Both the position numbers and the translations under genes were made by a program. Source: Candidatus Omnitrophota bacterium (lineage in GTDB: Bacteria > Omnitrophota > Gorgyraeia > S143-82). Taken from it: a stretch of DNA of 64,000 bases. Positions 62,301 to 64,000 of this stretch are shown here, in pieces. The stretch spans positions 68,627 through 132,626 of the forward strand of contig WGBD01000004.1 in the NCBI GenBank assembly GCA_015494465.1, written 5' to 3'. The notes under the pieces are model-generated. The model saw only the letters and a program-made list of their open reading frames with translations, did not search any database and was not told where the DNA came from. The stretch's first letter is position 1, and each line of letters opens with the position of its first letter.

Positions 62301-63998
62301 CCTGCGGGCGGATACCTGATAGAGATTGGAAAAGTTCCCTATGGGGGTCAAGATCAACTCGGCCTTCACTGGGTAGAGAGGAGATCTCGCCTCTGCCTTT
62401 ATCTCCCGAAGCGGATTCAAGTCCACCACCTCGATCCCTGCTTTGGTAAAGGCGTAAATACCATTCTTCGTCGGCAAGAGAATCGCCTTGGTCTTTACAC
62501 GGTAATGTAGGGAGTTGGTGGAGAGTTCAGCTTCGTAGCTGGCATTCGCCCTAGGGCTTGGGGTAAGTCCGAAAAGGGAAACGCGATTGCGGTCCACCAC
62601 CGCTGCCCAGAACTGCCCACCACTAGCAGGGCAGAATCGATGGGAAAGAGAGGCCTTGCTCCTTCCCTTCAGCTCTAATTCGCCTACCTCCATCCTGCCG
62701 TTGAAGAGGGCCTCGCGGTGCCGAATCTCTATCAATTCCACCTCTTCTCTGGCGGTGATGGGCCTGCTCCAGCGGGCAAGCATGTACCCTTGCGAAGAGT
62801 ACCTGCCCTTCTGGTCCACGAGCAGGCCGTTGCTCATCTCCAGAGAGAGTGGGAGGGAGTGGAGTCTGCCCTTCGCATCGATCCTGTACCTGAAGACCTT
62901 GGAGGCCTTGGAGCTCGCCGGGAGGAGGATGTCCACTGCACCCCTGCGATCCCAGATCACATCCCTGCCCGTCTCGTTGACGATCCGCACATTCCTAAGG
63001 GCCAAGCGGTCGTAGGCCTGCCCCCCGACCCGCTGGACGAATACCGGAAGCCTGTCCGCTATAACCACCCGGGGAAACGGCCCATCGAGGGCATCTTTCA
63101 AGCGGACCTCCAACTGGGTCTTTAGGTGGTCTCCCTTCAGACCTCTATCTTTTTTGGGGAGAGAGGTAAGATAAGGAGAGATAAACGCACCCCGCTCCAA
63201 AAGGTGGACTATCCTGCCGGAGTTGGATAGGCGTTGACCGGATACGGAGGCCATACCTGAGTAGACGAACCGCTCTTTGCCCTTCTCGTCCAAGCGGATA
63301 ACCCTCTGGAATACCCGGGAACTGAACCCCCGAAAGTCTGCATCTATCCCCCGCACCTTTCTCCCCACCAGCTCGTATGCGGTGTAGAGCTGGTCGTACT
63401 TCCGCTCGATCAGGATCGTCTCCTTACCCTCCTTGAGGCTCTGAACGACCAGAGGATCACCCTTAAATCTCTCCCTCCTCAACAATAATGCCCGTTTACC
63501 TCTCAATCCCTCGTCCTGAAACTCCACCCAACCTCCGTTAGACAAGGCCCCGATCCAGGTATCTTGGGCGAGGTGGAACTGTTGGTCTCTGGCAACCTCG
63601 TAGATCCCCCCCTTCCTTTTAGTGACGGTCGGTCTGACGAAGGCCAGCCGTGCCCCATCAGAGAAGTTGGGGGTGAGGGGATCAGCTACCACGAGCTTAG
63701 GCGTGAAGTAGAGGTCCATGTAGGCCCGATTGGTACGGACCCAATCGGGACTTATCACCTCCCGGACCCAGATGGTACGGGGTTTAACGGGGCTCGGGGC
63801 GGATCGCAGTGCGGGAGAAGATGCCCCAGAACGCCCCCTCTTTTTGAATGTATGAGGAGAGGTAAGGAAGAACTCGTCCTCTATCCTCAACCGTATCCGC
63901 CCATCGGAGAAGAGCTCTGCAGAGAACAGCTTGTCAGGGGAAACCTCTCTCTTGACCGCCCCAGGGTTGGGCCTCTTGCTCCTAAACTCGTAGGCCAT
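44331..63998 (-). CDS. Giant multidomain protein of at least 6555 aa, probably 5'-truncated by the window edge. It is a mosaic of modifying-enzyme domains: 3 GNAT, 2 Pol-beta NTase, an APH-like kinase, 2 SAM methyltransferases, a LOG/SLOG domain and an arginase/deacetylase-like domain.
   Basis: A single uninterrupted reading frame of 19.67 kb on the minus strand, ending at a TAA (44331-44333), 15 nt upstream of the next gene's start. Domain motifs are listed in the sub-features below. The first ATG sits 2 nt from the window end, so the true N-terminus is unknown. Confidence 0.85.
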   Translation of the reverse strand: MAYEFRSKRPNPGAVKREVSPDKLFSAELFSDGRIRLRIEDEFFLTSPHTFKKRGRSGASSPALRSAPSPVKPRTIWVREVISPDWVRTNRAYMDLYFTPKLVVADPLTPNFSDGARLAFVRPTVTKRKGGIYEVARDQQFHLAQDTWIGALSNGGWVEFQDEGLRGKRALLLRRERFKGDPLVVQSLKEGKETILIERKYDQLYTAYELVGRKVRGIDADFRGFSSRVFQRVIRLDEKGKERFVYSGMASVSGQRLSNSGRIVHLLERGAFISPYLTSLPKKDRGLKGDHLKTQLEVRLKDALDGPFPRVVIADRLPVFVQRVGGQAYDRLALRNVRIVNETGRDVIWDRRGAVDILLPASSKASKVFRYRIDAKGRLHSLPLSLEMSNGLLVDQKGRYSSQGYMLARWSRPITAREEVELIEIRHREALFNGRMEVGELELKGRSKASLSHRFCPASGGQFWAAVVDRNRVSLFGLTPSPRANASYEAELSTNSLHYRVKTKAILLPTKNGIYAFTKAGIEVVDLNPLREIKAEARSPLYPVKAELILTPIGNFSNLYQVSARRGWVSFFVTLSGNKIRYLGRGEGIKKVYSLTTWLGRKERTGVYLFRDTTGRLKAISPVDGKMTLDFARHTMTFPRISTFYLYDMDTPREFSPVLVDVFRVFTDERGRLEPKSQRMLEVAGDSGPFWLGKVQRVADALVGKQFDGDWMVISARSVEPAGKVMQRMGLERKALARVMERFEEGVKKIDTAEPGYEEKVQALLDSLLLQEFRPLLNRMRGSLDEKIGNLEREGMIVPVWIARIARVLGKTEVDIKEMTVRELSKEIAKTSPAMRSFLPRPYSNKVKEISKKTLHDMALAQIFSSYKAMQEQDCAFSSFIVVHLFEMLGSRDFTNGVGLFAKGFGRSGKRISHSAPLVNAQGLPNGGMGLPLLFVDYPLYTSGRARRLFLTSRWYASQGYSLPLVEENGKWVEKENYSPGIRGIPSVVPVAINSAVYMAVNRGYKSASGRKAFLSLVDVSLPPQEREGIRRALRGEKGVGLSLRDGMLEIDLNHRILGLGSKGLYLGMVLDSLRSSGIPVGERRIFFATRSDVVDYLLDRVWNSLRLGDAEAVKVLNRHILSDGYKYGDRLAEMLARVAYDRNISAREKREILAQLLKKDLERIVPRQFRRVTFELERIDPYRGKESLFLDLHGRSKALSRKIALSRAGYVLPGEVFWAPTLGFRLRGEGSYRSGMGGKNGAKGSWRFKLLGDVEGLKFLGEYQYVEGSGLPFGLAMLRLPSRIGRSDSGEVEVEIYSPDVVVEVGQGIVSFPEAGRKKGISSANLKDTKVFSHLPALVSLEDTFEGVPAVEVVVPGLMRVRNGALLPSPGQSYYHIFGGTWKDRVGRDYVYLGSDERGLPIFRPRFFRAREWAGEVSFLARYILEGSNKQYYSLSPGGKLARIKAGLPKRIYGPDGKGVLEYSPEKGSYRPTGLGYRLVGWASQPLSLVSPEMSGLVRALREGSVGTRFEAVSRARGESEPLFVRAVDSAEVLLDISLLYDAVALPARFALRKPLQSLTKRMVQKTLSLPLKGYEGVGLAVARGLEFIDGGRVLSKVAYRYPKAVAGLSHTALALGLEGRYDSETYISDLRSGRVSPGGALLHRAFFLPARLISQDRVKNNLELSLLLQASRKANSPALAGAVVGIVDASVITGSLSPVILLARHPVESTKEFFSSLRDILTPATSLEEADRARMGYLAGLLAGAYRGYRAMGAEISAGQVRGLSYLGGVYRSSGDLVLMGIGFNIGVSAMRSGLTGANPDFFLRALSSAVQNGTDLVGSAFAGEFLFASGFKSIGYAKALVRRSPVYRLSFRRPEVARKASTALMAGGALAYGSSLLLPNRSEYRRASVLLSNLGLIGFGVGGLWRLGINRIIASRRAEIRALSVPARLYEHARDSALLVSSSTSLFYGTRNLLLNKVAEITGRESSAERSELPYILLTSPLVVTSVLIADRVGGRFRYSPGRGGFTGVKEWILADTRGARAGFYRELDLWRYAERDRSVLSRMRGADYLLQSAVPFGIGVYMDAKGRDDWAGLFYSLGGVMAIAGLSRMGLGYAVVKRRLSPRVAARISSLVHHYGVERTLIPAASTLFLVMPALHTAVVGTSYLYRRYALPYARSEVERGVFGVLSAFSDDTAVGRLKTVMSRPGIVNKAFGLLDYSLGMTLFGTSTAKGKGVRDIMPSAYAFSLMMGPLMGPSQAFLKGIRKGDFGRIYRSAGEALETVSSFGLRDLRLGRPRPALSLMGRARDVVLKGTMEEVVAEQLIGLGLSPWTSALAVAGVPGTMFLQELLEEVMTPGGSAYEDDNWAPLFRAIAKGRSVAGELYLPYESPQAGVPQKVVLRNWSDVLRLPEGARFRYDTKDGRREVTAGDDIFRTARIMQTFELYREEGIDDETVAEVLATPVGPFNGVDEVQRSAMGMILGEKLSREELLSEAPVIEFGGRRLLKEEVLPEIALYYSLISEGDVEESDSPELSAYARILSGKNAELGYASLMDLQLGRSEERIYRSSTSSEAVRGLGAYALEEIRRELEYIGNKDRLALPRYAQEFVDTGRAFRRMSPEDLRRLEKHKGSSAEEFWSAVRRAHIKALKRTLSHPTFSLWEAEAVETAWRLRQVHPSSVGEDTVFAVDKGGYALVWNKGGRVKKVSFSGISLLDDAELGPATRGGEVYFNAGRWFRAEVPRLLRDYYGVKGHVLVQVDPALYGTETKVNVVPGFGYRLFVSENLAKEINRNPHLLTPTLISAFVRFDRRRTVLQRASNLAEFLRLPVDKKSKAYLGVRRALTNPKGRALYADKEALWELASSLRVEEDRLSRVLRGGVYRRIDRAVSIAKKRRQDLTRKGEGVDTAFVRELLDWLEKGRPVSVKTSERAEVLAELAYYDEVLRSRWIAGVASSEEGNYAHLNKRVAELERMVEQAPAIGQEHRLLASIDYLVNRAGDEYTGRSVERLRRAYTYWLKRQTIEQVDARGLFLRALEEVANSSWWSVGQKARFMRDYQRLISTIKGAEGSDWGSVVRSLKREFPDSLVQKELPEEVEVRAVLNPALDHGGWAQLTPEKRIEVEVRGFEKVSGRAGLVPYDQSLTGIIVPHELTHIILDFVGRRYGLSGLSIGDDRTDEIIHRIVDPSSLKRLPIYAWAETTGSRGPGSAHRSAMGDGAVSWGSGDPGLPSPRSGGTSSSLVSRDEKRPEPRTRIELAMFKYGLSPRDWRIRDISDRVSHVVAIVDKKTGIPRFVLKHSPWHYPGALWEVELLDSFRRIDATFPVPRYRLNQAIQSITLVSGDKFLLYDWVDGVRLAEINEAHRNEGARVLARFHAYGLLFRPRRGWRNYDRIGSFMGPNDRRLPRLLRGYQRISSKKDLGRGERLFLDYWETFRDEVERLRKSYPGIWPVLPKTVIHGDFALRNLLWRDGKIALVADLDTARIETRIFDLVRADSFYGWGSGDRNEVLNGLADWLIRYHYYADELGLGLREAEIRAIRHMVGIFGVVQYLWLLRFGSMELVDRYDSAYQDFSNRLSLSRALLKFEGWKDWEESVLRELRLLSPRTSSSLADEGVSLVSWPELPEDRKESAIRLVEKAQKYFGESYPVVRREDLLRDKIFALSGKRVVGFISYHLSDLGLDNRIGIPPFLKVGEVFVEETYRGKGIDKKLFFSLLSLAEDRGVLQLETSTVVPRREPLSFWQKVVDRVNQMGRWKARILPYLGREGLYVSIERQRSSSALREDPLRDRVNKRVIESILRNRARMWRKVGSLEEIVQGLELGDYPVLGRAGIYPGEVRFWQGLFDQYDPSTTEMYSYGLKENLLLELPQRIIAVVDDQHYGFGVVSYAVKRGIVPQGANMLHIDDHKDLNDLTDPGLLPELEALVRDLSPNDAAHHRALLSNLDVGNWIRPLITLGLVSERNWRGVMVKLPSMDLRYYDLRGETTLPLKTWPSLIGRLRSDWGIETDRGRWIDILDVDLDFVRESFSWAEREHRLLVEELIPKAKVVILATSPGYIAQKRAIGLARQFLAGVGTSSSLRRVISSRGLDVVGLESALKRASTLLGARITLVGSARYLLPRGETHLPLTLVGDLDLVVHDSWITREHRVVKAINRALSRMNPFGDRILRNGERWELQSLGYIGRALGLKAMKVDLVCNERFAEEQRRLAQRHLPTVMYILRTYRKGSLVRQAVKRAIWIMEELAYPESDRVDWMKRELIARASDEVVPEGLRQELLKRMQELHTWLQTKSSASSINQRRLVREFRSIERLGRRMKGPTLVVFGSARVKPEERAYASVREITHYLARAGFNVLTGAGPGIMTAGNEGAFRANPERSCGIGILIPGEPKNPYLLDKNQTKCKYFLTRQTGLIRLANAVLVGPGGLGTLNEVVDVLAMGKHREVPHLPIAFLDESFYSGFVNFLNELVEKKRLAHIRLRSISTVRGWEDSAEFYSKNTPLPPRAGMDKVWRFVGDVLRADATIQKLAPANEIVSVLVPSKEDVMTYYNRRIYTSAEWMIKHLLRSNKRVLLQVGKRLRLLTKKSSTEIPYEYSFTRKWLVSSFSQSGIYAFLPDILTLNSVLDVSTLIQTKKISHASEVNLFPDSSWKHFKGWVRSSLLQGGYISAGDLDIFRETSPREFVDKVSSSLNDNSFVQKLKIADEMGRTVATVGIVNTKEAIFIPYLEVHQRGRGWGGRVVRYIVSLARTQFPHKDVLVGAVWNPILGKILLEYGFLPEDLEKAMYVWLLPKRDDVIRLGRILGDKEVFDVLREGGKRMFGTKIILEEDRAPDNLIGPIPINCRYRLITSRDFPYELLSTKLSFVRMRRLFSLRTNSVDELFSNLYDSVRIGDVLGYLVALNSLALSGGSQHIWTWLDPFLVQYSHLVRLGIKGFIDWMKMGGVELSDIYLTGSIVRERALPGSDVDGLLPWNRVILLSGRKMDDPSRVEAEFREFGEKLGLRVEDDVLAVGKEEKVLMVGPDYIKRASISRLLPPRATGYHRGSWILDEDVPVHEKGRYREGLINLYLQSGLEGRDAIRRVIGAVGAVLLYPEAVKSVEVCLSPRQVSQFSQRDLELITSFRWVPGDVSEKDLVMSKIRISTQASSLKEAVFWPFVKEERRLCIDGLCCFFHPGELFPGPIRYALAREGLIRSFSQNISPLNRAVAVRTYTSLSTFGIKYPCKGLSVNIRVSPHNPDLLWVECGCALYDRRPQLCKDWPDRYRDAQCCLYLQSRKGTQLRIGFDLTRLEGARVVEAFQEYRPGLILDRGVYEYLQKKREEGEQELWLDLEVGLARYVDTSRRRYLGPSSLTGDRTKHYLHIVSAGGGGDILGASLLGLLAKDGLIPLPGIPKGRDVKLLLYSPNLKRAVEQKAIGPYPIRRLETRDGRPLPRWRGADGFYRVNSPDVYLNGGDRRPLAESRVYALFSSAGEDAEVVIFDLNRSGFDLAKGLAGVARTALPGRHSFVFLDMGGDILMRIPYPLRNGNRQFHPERYIRSPNTDSMCLDVAVMLKGLIGEAHSVRVGVMALGGDGELRETGLEYMRQLLREKDVEVIDLLSALYKNKRPFSQRIPLIRRLVDEIESEVSKYFLLRTLFLANKDWVRGEDVPKFKLDCLEGRRAVFLNPADLFLSVRGCELPLRGSTRKEVLSPAYFRLFLLYPTDLFSRIGIRGIDQDRVSILSYGGNWWRKDWFHRSLGFVTEVTDPSNVRIREMRKKSASSLVERDLAELDLQGIPISLSLSSSRFQRWITAHLKKGNGRIGLLRYSVLGNLDRAFIGEWGDFDFWVNHGWRRKGLGRLILAFALMEMLKEEVSSVQVFMPRTSLYETFGIKDRVAVPGSPRTLQGRIDFSNVVSGLETTAGPDQVKIRSFRSFGYSDPALLEYASKLEMTIQGLDEYEEISDRLVRDMGRFVPSRLLKILPGLHDLRFFSSANAIRLSRIYEVGSGDGRVAFLLKKAFPQAKVVGIEYDRELVSFSRELGRQIGLALPDVEFSNANALEKDLSDADGIYYFLCSCYQYFGGEYLGYEDQLFKKFKETLRPGALLMLYHPFEKPFVRNRLEMLGPEFSPVVRGEDFSILQKGVSSSLRKGRIVPFVRTELRAVREGALGLYELYFIQYGPQNPKGTSYPEPLFRFQVMYSPDGRQAYVHLELNKAHPDTRPELLARVFSRAVKAVVRRQEEITDCLELVHVRMPMDDWFFDVVEKIDWDGIVRGLRFEIVGMWGDSLVLKRTETPSSPMTGHRNFHPLLSISAHPELSYFLGKQIVGKRILSLGAGEGSFESLLARKNLVIGLDIDPKMPLLARRKGVTVVRADMLDLPFSNSSFDLLLYPFSLSCLDKEGIVRTFTEASRVLRDRGEILVILPWVGEGSGVRPRYSLQDVLGQLREVHPFEIIVADDEVSIDVPSRGTVTKPLIFVRAENRLPRMVNPLELGQIWEELQRYYFRVIEPLVLERLAKGIYLTGGLLRGRFRESSDVDIAVDLTVKGLRQMASVVDRINSFGRDYPKIHVNYHPYGFVYRFEGDRPVFEGRKGQFKKRDHLLLRLEF
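44334..44700 (-). other. Giant-ORF domain: C-terminal minimal nucleotidyltransferase (Pol-beta superfamily)
   Basis: GIYLTGGLLRGRFRESSDVDIAVDL fits the hG[GS]x9-13Dh[DE]h motif. Confidence 0.7.
44770..45255 (-). other. Giant-ORF domain: class I SAM-dependent methyltransferase (Methyltransf_11-like)
   Basis: Motif I ILSLGAGEGSF; acidic end of beta2 GLDID; post-I motif VVRADMLDLPFSNSSFDLLL. Confidence 0.65.
45730..46275 (-). other. Giant-ORF domain: second class I SAM-dependent methyltransferase
   Basis: Motif I RIYEVGSGDGRVA; GIEYD; LEKDLSDADGIYYFL. Confidence 0.6.
46450..46725 (-). other. Giant-ORF domain: GNAT acetyltransferase-like
   Basis: Motif A WVNHGWRRKGLGRLILAFAL (verified on the minus strand at nt ~46600-46645). 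Confidence 0.6.
49030..49365 (-). other. Giant-ORF domain: nucleotidyltransferase (Pol-beta superfamily), internal copy
   Basis: IYLTGSIVRERALPGSDVDGLL. Confidence 0.6.
49690..50025 (-). other. Giant-ORF domain: GNAT acetyltransferase-like
   Basis: LEVHQRGRGWGGRVVRYIVSLA (Q/RxxGxG/A acetyl-CoA-binding motif). Confidence 0.55.
50650..51134 (-). other. Giant-ORF domain: LOG / TIGR00730 (Lysine_decarbox, SLOG) Rossmann-fold domain
   Basis: MKGPTLVVFGSARV...TGAGPGIMTAGNEGA...VLVGPGGLGTLNEVVD (both GGxGxM and PGGxGTxxE motifs). Coordinates verified on the nucleotide sequence (ATG at 51134-51132). Confidence 0.7.
51850..52545 (-). other. Giant-ORF domain: arginase/ureohydrolase- or deacetylase-like fold (tentative)
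   Basis: IIAVVDDQHYGFG ... ANMLHIDDHKDLND (DxHxD) ... WIDILDVDLDFV (SxDxDxxDP-like). The match to the three ureohydrolase motifs is imperfect. Confidence 0.4.
52840..53145 (-). other. Giant-ORF domain: GNAT acetyltransferase-like
   Basis: RVVGFISYHL...VGEVFVEETYRGKGIDKKLFFSLLSLAEDRG. Confidence 0.55.
53350..54225 (-). other. Giant-ORF domain: aminoglycoside-phosphotransferase / protein-kinase-like fold
   Basis: Brenner motif VIHGDFALRNLL (HGDxxxxN) followed by IALVADLDTA (DFG-equivalent Asp); verified at nt ~53665-53700. Confidence 0.6.
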
Positions 63999-64000
63999 TC

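Noticed and set aside
44331-63998. The 19.7-kb ORF being an assembly artefact of collapsed or tandem repeats
   Set aside because: I saw no long nucleotide-level repeats. The recurrent GNAT, NTase and MTase domains differ in sequence, the frame is open throughout with a normal stop, and codon usage resembles the neighbouring genes. This still needs read-level confirmation.

Overview
The window is a compact, GC-rich (~55%) bacterial chromosome segment with a thermophile-like protein composition (K/E/R-rich). It is almost completely coding, and many adjacent genes overlap by 4-40 nt. There are two strand blocks.

The + block (1-12.8 kb) holds:
- the 3' part of groEL, then serA
- a large GGDEF-STAND NTPase-helical repeat protein
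- a standalone MshEN-type c-di-GMP receptor-domain protein, followed by pilC/gspF
- purD, purE, a Sua5/YrdC-LMW phosphatase fusion, purine nucleoside phosphorylase and a NIF3-like protein.

The - block (12.8-64 kb) is one long co-directional array of translationally coupled genes: V-type ATPase A-B, pyrE, an Amidase_3 lipoprotein, murI, queDCEF, rpiB, glyA, an RfaE/HldE-type sugar kinase, a secreted DJ-1/PfpI protein, gatCAB, V-type ATPase F-E, cutA, eno, gap, tRNA-Thr and fpg.

The striking part is 32.7-64 kb. An apparently intact ORF of at least 6555 codons runs off the window edge (44331..63998). Its product is a mosaic of small-molecule- or macromolecule-modifying domains: three GNAT acetyltransferases, two Pol-beta-type nucleotidyltransferases, an APH-like kinase, two class-I SAM methyltransferases, a LOG/SLOG domain, an arginase/deacetylase-like domain and an HExxH motif. 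About 3100 N-terminal residues have no recognisable motifs.

Tightly linked downstream of it are two further giant genes (1655 and 1635 codons). Both encode proteins with N-terminal signal/anchor sequences; one carries an internal ~500-aa tandem duplication and the other a C-terminal CheR-like methyltransferase domain. They are followed by an acyl-CoA synthetase and a conserved hypothetical gene. I could not assign this ~31 kb locus to any described system, and I propose it as the candidate novel system in the window.

No CRISPR arrays, IS elements or rRNA genes were seen.
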